Below are positions 24,647 to 38,600 of a stretch of 64,000 nt of DNA, in pieces (position 1 is the first letter of the stretch; each line of letters begins with the position of its first letter). Both the position numbers and the translations under genes were made by a program. Origin of the DNA: Catajapyx aquilonaris (Eukaryota); assembly GCA_000934665.2 (NCBI GenBank), contig KZ537965.1, positions 62,001-126,000 on the forward strand, in the 5' to 3' direction. The notes beneath the pieces were generated by a model. The model ran no database searches. It saw nothing but the letters and a program-made list of their open reading frames with translations, and had not been told where the DNA came from.

Positions 24647-27600
24647 TTTCTAGGGGGGGGGGGGGGGGNCTGCACGGTACACAGATGTTTTTGTTCAGCA
24701 GTAGGTCATGATTTATAGCGGGTGGGATATTCCCGCGCGAGGTGGTGGATTATGACAGGATAAGTAGATCAATATTCTTGATCCGTTCTAGGGGGGGTCT
24801 GGATGGTGGGCTAGAAGGCCGCTAGAGGCGGGTTAGCAGCCTTTGCCTGCAGCCTCTCTCCCCCATCTATATGATCGCCTTTCGATTTTGCATGAGGAAG
24901 GAAGGAAGCCTGCTTGGATTTTTCCTCCCACAATTTTCAGATCTGGCCTCTCCTTTTTTTTGCATGGAACCTCAACTCTTGGTATGGTTATTTCACACTC
25001 GGTGAATGCTCGCAGTGTGTGGTTTTTGCTTCAGGAGTTGGGTAGTACGGAGGAAAAATTATTTTAGTGCAGTTTCAGAGATAACATTGATCGCATGTGC
25101 AGTATGAAACGGAAATATTTTTCACCTGCGGGTGTATCCAGGCAGTACATTTTTTACATTATTATTTTATATGCTAAAAGCAACTACTGATTCGTACGTA
25201 TTTTGGGACAGTGCTGTGAGATATCATCGGTGATACGTAGAGGTTAAGGAAGGGTGCAGGTGACGTCTCGTGCTATCGGCATGTCAGAACTGGCTCGGAA
25301 TCACACACATTCACATGTAGATTCTTGTCCGAATATTTGAGCGGCGGCTCCCTCCCTTTTGCAAAAAACCTGCAAATCTGCCTTGGAGATCAATGGCGTG
25401 CAAAACGCCGACTTGCCGACTTGATGTGAACGGATCTCCTCCAAGAGCTCATTTGGATAACTTGGAAATGTCACGCACAACATTACACCGAAGGCCGTCC
25501 AGTGTCCATTGTTATCTATCTGCCCGTAATTGGGCCTGCACACAAGCCCGAAAGTCGCATAAATTATTACCTGATTACCTCTTTCATTAACTAGAGATAG
25601 CGAGGTATATAAAACTTTTATGGGCTTCTTATTTGAACCTTTTTCGCTCCCAAATTGCGTCAATATTGACCTCCTCATTTTTTGGGTGGGCCCTTGGCCG
25701 AGATTGACTTCATTTACACCCCTCGCCCCCCAAGAAATCAAAAGGTCACAGAGGGGGAGAATATCAAAAGGGGAATGGGACACACGCTGGGCATTCCGGA
25801 TTTGAGCTGATGTGCCTGGAAAGCGTGAAAGACTATATCTATCTATTTCCCTTCCCTACTTGGAGACGTCTCAGCAGACTTACTCCTCTCTAAAGGGGAG
25901 GGCGACATTCCAGAGGCGGCCTCCGCTTTGATCCTCTTCACCAATCACCACTGTCAGAGGTAATAACAATTTACGCCGCCTTGTTTTCCCCGCCCTTGTT
26001 AGCTAATTACCTGTTAAAACATTGGGATACCCGAGTTGCTTTCATTGCCTTCGGAATGCTCGGGGAAAGGCCAAGAGGAAAACAAGTGGCACGTGCCGCG
26101 GGCTAAACTTGACATTACACGCACCGGGTGGTTTATAAATGGTCAAGATACAAGGTGTTTCATAATGGTCAACTACAGGGTGTTTTATAATGCTCAATGT
26201 AAAGATACAGGGTCGTCAAAATTACGTCCACTTAAATTTTTTGGGGAAATGTGAGCCACGTGTACAGGACCATTTGGTGCTAGGTGGTAGGTGGTAGCCT
26301 ACATCTCTCATGGCGCAAATTATCTCCTCCTTTGGCTCAGAGGGGTTGAAGGACGTGGCGTAGGGGAGAGCTGGCATCGCCTGAGGAGAAACGGGCGCGG
26401 TCTTGGGCATGTAAGAGAGCGCTCAGTTTCACTTTAACATGCAGTTGCCGTAGTGTAAAGAGCCGACTAATCTACCCATTAGAGAGATATTTGAAGGCGA
26501 GGCGTGACAGGCAGTTCTATCGGGAAATTTTCCACGAGCAGCCCCGGGAAAACTGCTGGAGCCCGGATTGTGCGTACAGGCAGCCTTTTAGTGCTTATTG
26601 TGCCACTTTGTAAGGGGCCCGGCGCCAGGTGGGACTGCCAACCCTATTCAGGAGAGAAGAAATTGCCAAAGAATAAATTGGCAAACTGGGCAGTGTGTGT
26701 GGAACGAAGGTTGTCCTGCCATCTGCTGCCAGACTCGAGCATTGTATAGGTCAGCCTGTTCATTCAAATAACTGTTATTAATAACCAGTGAAAGAAGCAA
26801 TGTTATTTATATCCCAACACAAAATGTGGTCCCTTGGAAGCAAGTTTTGGTGGGGGGGTTTTGCGGGATGGCAGTTCAAAGGTATGGCGGAGCCGTCGCG
26901 ATAGTTAGCTTGGAGTTCCTGCCTCGCCTCGCCTCTTTTCCCGGAGGCTCTTTGTTTCTGAGCTGATGGAGCGTCAAGGAAATTCGGCGAAGGAGTGAAG
27001 AACGTTAAGAGGATTGTGCTAAAGCAGAAAGTTCCGGCTTTGGAGAGCGGAAGAGTGTTGGTGGAGAAGCAAGGAGTGGAAGACGAGGAGGAGGGGGAGT
27101 TCCCTCCAAGGATATCTGCACACCCCCTTCCCCTACCCCGCGAGACAGGAAAATGAGGAGGAAGAGGGCGAATGATGTGACTTCCAGCACTTGGGCAAAT
27201 TGCGCGTCTAATTAGGAGTCAATACGACTTGGAGGAAAAGAGGGACTCGATTGGTCTGGAAAGGGACGACCCTAGGAGCCGTGTGTCTAGCTGCTATGGC
27301 CGATTAAGCGTGCCCAATGGCTTGGACTTTTGTCGGGGAAGAGGTTGATCCATCAGGGGACCCCTTTCACCCACACCAGGGCTGGAAATGGCCTCCACTT
27401 TTCCACCAGAAGGAAAGAAAAGCAGGTCTTGTTAACACTTGAGGGAATTGCTTCCGCCTGTTTGCAAAATGGGCACGACAGACAGCCGGATGTCATGACC
27501 TCCTCGCTCCTTTCGGGAATTCCCCCTAATAGCCTTCAAATAATTGGGAAACAAAAGGCCCAAAGACTGTGTGTATACGGTAGGAGCTGATGAAATAAAA

Positions 27601-29361
27601 GGATGCATGACAGGGGCCTTTTAGCGCCAAGTTAATCCCAATCCGACCTAACAAAGCGTGCGTGACATCTGCTAACCCCCCTCCGACTAAGGTGTGTATA
27701 GGTATATATAGAGAGCACCAAGGTTCTCCTGAGCCGTGAAAATGGGCAGAAAAGTAGGTAATGAGTCAGTGGATCTCCACTACAAAGAGGGTGGGGAAAA
27801 AAAGCATGATTAGCCCCTCTGGCTTAATGCACCGTCAGAGGTGCTTTGTTAATGGCACGGATAAGGGTACACAAAAGTATCCATTCGGGTAGTTCTCGTG
27901 CTGGTAATGCTCAGGTGTGAGTCGCAAAATCGCAGGCAAAAATCGCATCAACTGTCAGCACCTTCGAAGGCGAAAGAGGCTGCGACGGATCTAGGGAATG
28001 AGGAACAATTTCTTGTACTCGGAATAACTAGAAGGAAATGCTTCTTGTGTGATATGCGACCTTGGTTTTGGGCCCCCCTTCAGTCATCCACCGCATTAAG
28101 ATGTATGATGCAGAGAGAGTCGAATCCGAATGAATTGCCAGAGGGCAAGTCGCGAGGAAAGGTGGAGGAATTGAGAAGGGAATCTTTGCATTGATTTTTT
28201 TTTCTTGAAGAAGAGAGAGGGGCTCCCCCTCCTTCTATATCTTGCCACCTTCTTCCTCATCCCCGCCCTTCTTCTCTGTCAATTGGAAATTCTTTCATGT
28301 GGGAGGAGAATCGTGAAGAAGGGCATATCTTCTACCCTCTCTTCCACACAATTCTCCCGCTTCTGCTCCTCACCACCATCCCTCCCCAGAAGCTAATGCA
28401 CTCGAGGGAAGTTGAAGACGATTGGAGAAGGAAGAGGGGGAAAGGAAAAAAGAGGGGAGGAAAAAGAAATAAAAAGGGAAGAAAGAAGGGGGGAAAAGTC
28501 TAAGGTGAAACTGTTCAGACTTGGCAGCAATTGAGGTGAGGAGGGGTGAAGGTTTGGCCAATCCTAAACTGCTTTTCATACGACTTAAGTGGAGGGGTAT
28601 CCCCCAGAGATTTTCTTTCGTCAGACCTTATCCGCCATCTTTTTTTTATCCAAGCCTCCTCTCTCTTTCTCTTTTGTACATGTGGGAGTGAATTTCGCGA
28701 CTTGAGATTCATGGAACAGCGAAATGGAGAAGGGAAAAAGTTTGATGTAAGGCTCTGTCTGCTTTCATCAGCGTTGAGGCCACAGACACCCGGGATACTG
28801 AGCAAAAAAGCCGTATCTGCATGTTTCGAGGACAATGCGACCATTTTTTCTGGCGCTCTGATCCATACCGTACGCCGCATGCATCGCAACAGTTAACACG
28901 GGAAGGACATGAATAACAATTTTGTGAAGGGAGGGGTTAGTAGAGTATAATCCTAGGGAGGCCCAGAGTGTGCGATTAGAGAGGTGGGGGATCTAATTGG
29001 GTTGCCAATGGCCTGGCCTGCGGAAACGGAGCGCATGAAACGAATGGCATCGCATTGTGTGGACGCGTTGGGCACGTAATGGGGCGTCCGCCCTTTCGTG
29101 CTGTCTTGGCTTCCGGAAGCGGACCCGGATCCGGCTAAACCCGAATTAAGTGATGACGTGTCTAACCCTTCGGTAAGTCTTGCACCTTGATTTTCTTGAG
29201 TTAAAACCTCAATCGGAAGTTGGCTAACAGGTGGCCTCTAAACCTGATATTCTGGAACCAACAAGGGTGTAGATTTGACAGATATTGTTAGGAATATTTC
29301 TGGACCTATATGCAGAAAAATATACGGTGCACATAATGTTCAAATACTTTTTATGAACAAA

Positions 29362-29602
29362 AGAGTAGGTTATTATCAAAACCAGGCTATCTCATGTTGT
29401 CAAAAGTGTGTTAATTCCTGGTTGCATGCATCAACTCAACGCTAAATTTCTATTTCCAATATATGGAACATTTTCACGTCATGTCCACCTCCCATTGGGC
29501 AAGGTCACCTTGGCCGTGAAAAGACTCACTAAATTTCGATTTCCTCTTTTATGAAGGATTCATTCCGAAGATAGTCGCCTGGTTTTGATAATGACCTACT
29601 CT
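29362..29602. mobile_element. MITE-like non-autonomous DNA element, about 241 bp, 26-bp TIRs
   Basis: AGAGTAGGTTATTATCAAAACCAGGC (29362-29387) versus GCCTGGTTTTGATAATGACCTACTCT (29577-29602): 25/26 inverted match, extendable by TATCT/AGATA across a 2-nt indel. TSD unclear. Confidence 0.75.
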
Positions 29603-32600
29603 ATACACAGTGTAATTTTTTAAAAAAAATTAATGAACAAATCAAGAACTAGCAGAATAATTTGCGCAAGTGTCCTACATATAGGACGATAGACACATTT
29701 AGGTTAATGGCCATTTTTAAAAGCCAGATTCAGATGCAATTAAGGTGATTGGGCTAAAAATGGTGGGGGCAATCAATAAGTATGCCAATCGGAAGCCCTT
29801 ATATAGGGGGATTTGGCCTCATTCCATCGAGTCAGGAATATTTTTTGGGGGGGAAGTTCAAGGGCGAGCAGCAGGGAAGAGCAAGGAGAGAGAAAAACTT
29901 TTTGCTCACTCTGTAACTTAACACTTAGGTCATGCACTTTGGATATTACATCGTAAGCCGCAAAGATAGTTCCAGAACTTGGAATCTCTGGACATGTTTC
30001 GGAAAGTGGGTTGGAATTTATGGAGGGGCTTTATGAGTTTCCTTGTCTCCAGCTGGAAAATGGTGAAGGAGGGAAGAGTAGAGAGGGGGGGGGGGGGATG
30101 TCGGCTCATGCGGGGGCCTAATTACGGAAACGCGGGGACAGGAAAATCATGGCACGTTGCTCATTCCATAAATTAAAACTTAAGACAAGTGTGACAAAAA
30201 AATATTTTTAGCAAGGCGCAATTTTAGTGTCCCCATACTTTCCACGTGGCCCTTTTTATCCTAAAGGGTCACACGAAAAAGAATGCAATTCGTGTGAGAA
30301 TCTCCGCCCATTAATTTGCGTCATTTTATTGTTATTGTCCTACAGTTGTGACTTGTAACGGAATTTAATTAAACGCCATTCCTCTTTTTTTCGTCCGCTT
30401 CTCTCTCTCTCTCTCTCCGCACAAAACGGTATCCTTTCGGAGATTTATCGGCTTTCGTGTCCCATCACAGCACTCAAATGCAAAAACCGGGCCAGTCGAT
30501 GGTGATTTTCCATCGCTATCTGCAAAGGCATTCGAAACGCTCGGCCCCAGGGGCGGACACGATTCGTGTTGTTATTTCAAACAGCCCGTGGTGGAATTAC
30601 ACGGGCCATACTCGTCCAAAGAATACTGGTTTCGAGTACTCGAATTGTCATTTACTGCCCCCTGGATCTGACTGGTGGGGTCCCACATACAACCGATGCA
30701 ATCTACAATCGAACAAAGTCATGCAATCGGCTTATATAGTTTCAAATTATTGGAAAATTAATTTTTCTTCCCATTTGTTGCCAACTGTCCCTTTTGTGTC
30801 CAGGATTTTAATGGTCAGGATGCACCTCATTAGTGTAGTGATTCGTTAAAAAAAATCGCAGCGTCTCCTGTTAGTCAAGCAGTGGTAAATAGTCAGGTTT
30901 AACCGGAGTTGTCGGTCCTTAGCGACGCACGTGCATAGGCGTGTGTCCAAATTAATTCGTGCTGTCCAGACTGGAAATCCCTGTGCGGGAGGGACAAGAG
31001 AATGGATCCTCCTCTAGCTCTGGGGGGGTTTTTGCTACTAGAGAGGGTTGCTAGGGGTGGGAGGGTTGATTCTGTTCGATGGGCCGCGGTGTGCCAGGCT
31101 GCCGAGTGTGTACCCTCTTATTCCCCCTTCGCCCCCATGTCCCATTCATCATTTTCGCTCCATTTCAAGCAGGGACAGTTTGCGGAACGCCTCCCACACC
31201 CACCACCCCTCAGGACCTTCTCCCATTCAACTTTTCACCAAGAACGCGCATTAGCAGGGGCTCGAAACTAATGCGAATTAATTACCGTGTGTGCATAAAT
31301 TGCTGGGAGGTGTACTAATTGCAGTAGGGGATTTTTTTCCTGGCTTGAGAGGATATTACAGGGAGTGTGTGTAGTGGGGCGGTTGACAAAGACATTGACG
31401 TGGGTGGTCAGCTGGAGTGACGAAGAAGAAGTGAGGTTTTGTGGGACAAGAACAATGCTTCGCCGTCACTGTTTTAATCACTCACATTGCTTATGTATGG
31501 CGTCCTGTTCCTCATATTAATTAATAACAGATGAGTGATGTTTACAAAGTTCAGCCGATTTGGTGAAATAGCCAGGAAAGCAGAGATAATAGCAGCATTC
31601 AAGTATTATTTATAAAGCTCGTTGTGAATTATTAAATTTTTGTCCGTTAATCCCCATGGTTGTTTACTGCAGTATTTAACTACCTCGTGTTTACCTCCAA
31701 TATTTCAGCTACCCGTACAGTAACCTCCATTGTACAGGCTTTGGATACTGTGCCTAAAAGAGCAAAAGCGAACCACTTTCCTTGAGAGCGTACTCACTAT
31801 ACAGGCTCATACTACTAATGGCAGTTACAAAGTAATGCGCACATACAGTAAGTAGATAATATTACTTCCAGCTGAGCAGTAATTTTGTAAAGAAGTTACA
31901 GAATGGGCTCGAAGAATTATTTTCAAACCTGATGAGGGTCTCGTATGCTGTGGACTTTGCTACTGTAGTACCTTCCACTTCTTGATAACAATGCTCTGTA
32001 GAGTCCTACAGTAAGTTGCAATGTGCTCATCACAACTCCATATACTGTACATGTAACTTGATTGGGTCATGTAACGCATAATACCGTGAGTTTAATTTGC
32101 TTCTAACTACAATATGAGCTGTGCTGACGCTGTTTTCATTAAATACCGCGCAGATTTTGACTCCCTGCAGTCATTTGGCCATGTATTCACGGTTCGGTCC
32201 ATTACAGTCTTGATGTAACAATGTGAAGGGTGGTTAACCTTCCATAATAGTGACACTTCCGGATCTACCTATCTATTGAAGTTAGAACTATGTACCACCT
32301 TGCAGTTACCATGTGCAGAAGAGTTTCCTACACAACATTGCGTGGATGCGTGCAGCATGCTCGACGAGAAAATATTTCCGCATCTATGCGCAAAACACAT
32401 TCGATTTGATGCCCACGCGTGCACAAAATTTTCACCATTTTGCCAATTATTCTAATTTCAAAGTCCGCATACATCGCTCCAGGCACTGTCTCTCTCTCTA
32501 CCCCCCCCCCCTCTCTCTCTCTAAAAAAAATATCGAAAACCCTCATTGTGACAGCATATTGACTACCAGGCATTAAAGACACGCTCTCCCCATCCCCCCC

Positions 32601-35600
32601 AAAAAACACACATGATACGCATCGATCCTAGTGTTTTTTGGCCATGTTTTCCCCCCGTCGAACCAGACTGTGTCGGAGGCTATAAAAGTGTGCGGCGACG
32701 CGTCATGGAGCAGGCCTCGCGACTATAAAGCGACCTCCCCCCTCTTTTTTTAATTCCAAAGGATCAAGCTTGAAGCTGCGTTGTCATTTCCGTGGACTTC
32801 TTGGCAGCCTCTAGTATTAAGGTGAATGCAATGCCACGTTCTTTTCCACACAAAAAAACAGGGGCTTTTTTTTCCTACCCCCAATCATCATAAAGTGAAA
32901 GAAGACGAGTCCGGAACACATCTCGCTCGCGGCGGGCTGGACTCATTTGCATGGCCCTGACAGATTTGACTTTATGGACAGGGCATTGCGAATAACAGCC
33001 TATATTGCTGGCGTAATACTCGTTCGTCGCAGAGCCCCCCGTTTCGTCCATTAAATCCCCCTGGAGTCGTCGTCAACACGCAGCTGGCGACCTCCCTTTT
33101 CGCCTTCTGTCAAATAAACGGAAAAGGGAGCCGACCCTCCTAGAAAACCCTATTTTTTCTATCTGTACTTTGACGAGTTGCCAGACGATGTGCGCTTCTT
33201 ATTCGCACCATCCGCCGATATGGAACCGGGAATAATTAATTAGGACTGGGGGGGTTCAAATTACCAGCTTGGAAATCTCCCCCTCTCTTCTCCTGGTCTC
33301 AATTGAACTGGATGGCCCTCCTCTTTTTCGGTGGTCTTCCTCCCTCCATCTATTTTGGGCGAATTAATTTGCATCGTTGATTTGGAAGGAAGGGCACAGA
33401 TGCAGGCCTCAAAACATAGGGCCGGGTGTAAATTAATGCCCGAGAAATTCCAACAGTCCATTTGTTTGTTGGAGAAGAGTTGGGTTAAGTCGAGCTCGGA
33501 ACAAACTGGATGTATTTATGATCACGGAAGTTCAGTACGTTTTGTCGATACCCCAGTGTTTCATTTGGGTCAGGGGGGAAAAAAGTTGTATAAAAATCGA
33601 CTGGAAAAAAAGTCCACGCCCATCAGGTAATCCTCAACCAACACTTGGCAGACGACACGAGGTTGGGAGCATTAAATTAAAGCAGTAGTTCGTGACTAAC
33701 GCGACCGCGACAGTTTTGGGGTCGAGCAGACTTTGCAGTCTAGTTTATTAATTTCTGACCAGGCTTGTCAAGGGTGAGCGGACGGGGAGCAAGAGAGACT
33801 GCTTCATAATCTGTTATACAGTGCATAGGGTGTGGTGTTCTTCAGACACTGTCTCCAGGTCATGTTTATGTGGAGGGGGAAAGTCTCGCTGAGTTACGAT
33901 ATGCAGGGTGTAACTATATAGCTTGAAGCAAAAAAAAAAAAAACGTGTCAGGTGCGAAATGTCTAAGACACCAACCGGTGACGACAAAATATTTGGCACG
34001 TATAGCAGTGTGTGGGTTTGTTTTTCACAACAATTCATATACTGAAACAGCAGGTGGAGGAACTTACCAGAATATTATATTCAAAGGCAAAATTATCACA
34101 ACAATGAGGCTTCGGAATAATCCGGTGTTCAAAGTTTGCCTTCTTAATAATTTATTCATGATGTACGTGCTAATAATTATTCGTGGCCCGAACTATGTGC
34201 ATATTTCGATATATTTGTAGCATATTTTTGAGCGTGAATTGTTGTCATGTAGAGTACACTTCAGGAAAAGCACTCAGTTACACAATTTCAGCCTATAAAA
34301 CACTGTGCAGTACGAGTACTGCAACACAAAAATTTGCGCAGGTGTAAATGATGATGGAATTACAGCGTCCGGCTTAATCGAATCATATTGGAACCGTTCA
34401 TCGGTGTTTTAAAAAAATTAACTCATCTGTTTAGGCAACGCCCCTTCATCCGGCACAAAACTAGACCAATCGGCAGAGGCCTAATGAATTATTACTACCG
34501 CGTAAATAGTGGACGCCATACATATTTTGCAACACTGACAGCAACACGGATGAATATACTAAGCCGACTGCATATTTGCTGCAAGATCAGATCCAATTAC
34601 TTGGTGCAACGAGTGATGCTGCAATTACAGACTCATTCTTTTGATCCTGCCCGGAGTAAGAAGCAAGAACTCGGGTGGGTTTAATCCTCGCAGCACAGTT
34701 TGAGTTATCTAAACTCTCCCGCAGGTTTGAGGATCGTTTTCCCGGTGTCTCGGAATATATCGATTCCTCGGAAGCTGCGGTTAGACAATGGTCCAACTGC
34801 AGCCGGCGACGGAGTGTAATGAATATTCAAGCTTTTATTGAAAGAGGCAGCTCTCGAATAGTTGCTCATGAGTTTCTGCAGCTTAGCGGGCAATGGCAAA
34901 GAAGAGTATTTCCAGAAACCTCCGAGCTTGAAACAGGTAACAAAGTACCACTGGGTTTTGGGTTTTGGAATATACTGCTTGTTCGGTACAGTAGGTGTCT
35001 CGCGAAGCTCTCTGTGCACTCAAAAACAGAGCGCAGCTATTGATCCGCCCAATTTTCCCTGTATGGGCCACACATGGAAAAACCCCCAGCACAGCCAGCC
35101 AGAGAGAGAGAGAGAGAGCAGATTCTGCTGATAGTTTCGATATAAACATCAGGATCTAATTACTGCGGAAGAGGGTTGGATAAAGCCAGGAATTTAATCC
35201 AATCTATAGTGATGCTGTGGTAATAGTGCGCCAAACTAGGCTTTGGATTAATGGGGGGGGGGGGNAAGGGGGGGGGGGGGAATATGCGGCCGGATTTTTT
35301 TAAAAAACTGATAGAGATGCATACATGGGTTTCAGAAAAAAAATTACTGTAGGCTTTGCAAACAAGTACACATTGTTTCCTGTTTGCTTGGTATAAACAA
35401 GGCAAACTTTTCCTGGTATCGGACCACCATACACTGCAGTAAAGTTGGGAGAACACTTTTTTATGACTTTGTTTTTCTCATGTTTGTTTTTTTTTGGCCA
35501 GTGAAACAAGGCAATGGTGGTTTTGTGTAACCAGAAGCCTACAGCTTCTATACTATTATTTCGGAGGTATTGTATTATCCTCTTCCGTCTCGAACATGGC

Positions 35601-38600
35601 CGAACACTGCCCACCCTAAATTCTGGTGCATTGTAAACAACGATGCACGTCTTGGGAGTAAAATATGACGTTAGAGAGACGTGAATGTTGCGGTTAATAC
35701 AGGCATGAATATTCCAGAAAATAATCCAGTGCATAGAGTCTTCGTCTCAGGTTGAATACCACGGGGCCTGGGGTAGTTTTAAAGTAGAAAAGATGTTCCC
35801 TGCCTTCTTAAGGAGTAACGATTATACTCCCGCGCTTTCCAAGGAAGCGCATAAATTTTACTTGGAAATGGAAATGACAAAGTGAGGGGCGTTTCCCCTT
35901 AAACTTTGATGACGGAGACGGACGACGCTATAGGACCAAGGCCTGTAGCTTATTCTCCTCTATTCTGGTTCGCCGGATTTTGATTAAACCCCCCCTTTTT
36001 TCATGGTGTAAGACTTGCTGCAAAAAAAAACTGGTATCAATATACCTATAAATACATAGAAGTTAACACACGTTTCTAATACGGGTTATTCGCAAGCCAG
36101 ATGGAATTAAAAGTCGGCAGTACCATTTTAACAACGCGGTGCCGGAGCAGCTAGTTGTAAAAACGTCAGGATGTAATTTAGGTGTTGTATCATCATGGTT
36201 TTATATCCGCAGTAATAAAAACCTCCCAGCTTCGTTATTTTGGCGTTAAAAATTTTAAATTGAGAAGCTAAAAACGCAGTTTGAGTCGTAAGAGCGCACC
36301 CACGCACATCTCTTGAAACCCTTTTTTTTAAACGAACCGATTCTAGAACTAAGAGGGCAGCAGTGTCTTTTTTTTTAAAAAAAAGAGGAAATCTCCATCC
36401 GTAAAAATCACGTCAGCAACGGCCGGTTAATATCCCATTCGGGCGAATTCGTGGAGGAAATGAAGCACGTAGGATCGCATTTCTACTTGGGGAATGAACG
36501 GAGGGCTAGGCTAATTGCTGACTCGGCGTCCCCGGATGAGAAAAAAAAGAGAGAAAAAGAGACGAAGGAATATAAAAAAGGAGGGTAATGGAATCCTGCT
36601 AGAATAGGCCAAAATAGTGAACATCGCAAAGTTAGGTCAAGACTGATGGAATTCAGGAAGAGATTGGACAGGAGTTTGGATAGAGAGAAAAAAAAGTCCG
36701 TGATGGCTATAGGAGGAAATGAAGGCAACGGAACGAGGTTGTGACAAATGGTGATTTTGCATGAGATTTGAGAGGCAGCATTTTTATTATTTCACTTCCA
36801 CACGGGGGCTACAGGTGGGCTGACTTGTGTTGTGCTAGTTGCTGTCATGCCATCATCATTTTTGACAAATAATGGCATGTGTGACCCTCTGATGTAGGCC
36901 ATTCTATATTAAAGCGCCAGAATTTGGGAGATTCTTTAGAGACATTTTTTTTTGAGAGCATAACCTACTTTCACTGTCGAACTCAAATCAATATACGCTC
37001 CCAGCCTCCACACGAGAAATATTGATATTTTCCGTCTTCCGGAGCCTGGAAGATGATACAAACTTGCTGGCGAAATACAGATGGCAATTTGTCGGGTTTC
37101 AACGCCCACTCCCTTTTTCTCTTTTATTCTGAGAGTTGGAGTTGGAACTCTGCTTTGTTCACTCCAACAATATCCGGGGTGTATTGTTGCAACATCGGGC
37201 CAACCTGCACCCGGATATCGGTGTTTATTCAAGGAGGGGGGGGGGGGGGCAAATCTGGACCCCAGGCGAAATCTGGACTCGGGGGGGCAAATCCCCCTTC
37301 CTAAATTGAATACTAATTTTGTTTCAATTGCAGCATTTAAACCAACAAAGTGTGATAACACATAAATGGGGCCCTGAGGCTACTTTTGTCACACCCTAAC
37401 CGTTCCATGTTATTTCCTGTTTTGACAACCGGGAGAAAATAAACACGCGGAACTGTTTCAAAAAAAAATCGGGTCGGACTCATCTCGCTTGAAGTTGTCA
37501 GGAAAAGGGCTGGCTCATAAACTCAATCTGCCATCGGAAGCGAAGTCTTACCGGTCACCTGGGTGAAATATACAGCCGTACAGGTAATAACTGTGTGTCA
37601 GTCACTGGGCTTCCGCGTTAGGCAGTTTCCGTGCTGTGTGAAATAAATTACATTGGCAGGCCAATTTCCTTCACGAGGTCAACAAATATTTCCGGGTTTA
37701 GCAAGGTTTCCGTCTCAGTCATGCGATTTGCTGCGACCGGGAATATAACCAATAAACCGTACAGTCCGGACATTGGAAGACTTCTTCAAACTGGCAATTA
37801 CCTGATAAAGAAGAAAAAAAAATTGTAACGTAATTTCAAAGGCGAACCCAGCCACCCAGCAGCCACCTTTTTTGTGTATAAAAATAAGCTTGGAAGGCTA
37901 GATTCCCAGTCATATAGTTGAGGGATCCTGTCTGTTGATGGGGAGGCCTCCGTGTTGAAAAGATGTTGATACGAGTTGGAGAATTGATGTGAGCGTGATG
38001 GATGAGGAGGAGGCAGTCACAGCAGCTCCCGGATAAGACTCCGGATAGAGAAGAAAAAAAAATACATATATAGAGTCCATCCTTCCCCTCCAAAAAATGG
38101 AGGCGCTTCTGGGCCCGACCTCACCACCAGAGAAGCCAATTTGGATTGGGTAGGTCCCAGAGTGACCTGGCAACAAAATCAAAATGCGCATTACTAACCT
38201 CCCCCAGCCCACAGCGTCCTAGGAATCAATACAAAAGGGGGGGGGGGCTATATATATACCAAAAGGTCCAGATGTCCAAAAACATGCACATGCAGTTGCG
38301 TAGGGCTGTGTTGATCCCATTGCATAATTCATGTGGCGTACTTTCTCGGTACACGTGGGATTGTATAAAAGAACGGTGTGTTTGCGGAAGGGGAGACTTT
38401 TAACAGTGGACACACAGCCCGGTTAACAACCTAGGGAGAAAAGGCGAATATAACAGGCCGCAATGCTGTTGTAGAGCAGACCCTGGTGCAAGTTGCAAAA
38501 GTTTTGTCGCCGGCCTTTTGTGGTCTCCAGCGCGCTGGGTATTGTGAGTGTGGAGGATTCTGATGGTTCTCAGTAGACTACCTTTTGCACATACAGTATT

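Noticed and set aside
28205..28396. Hydrophobic ORF as the signal-peptide exon (similarly 46309-46647)
   Set aside because: Non-ATG start and no suitable phase-1 donor; the hydrophobicity reflects CT-rich low complexity.
37796..37826. Minus-strand AG|GT motif (ttttttttcttctttatCAG|GTAATT)
   Set aside because: Antisense to the gene, weaker donor and no canonical branch motif. It shows that partial ratchet-like motifs arise by chance and serves as a background control.
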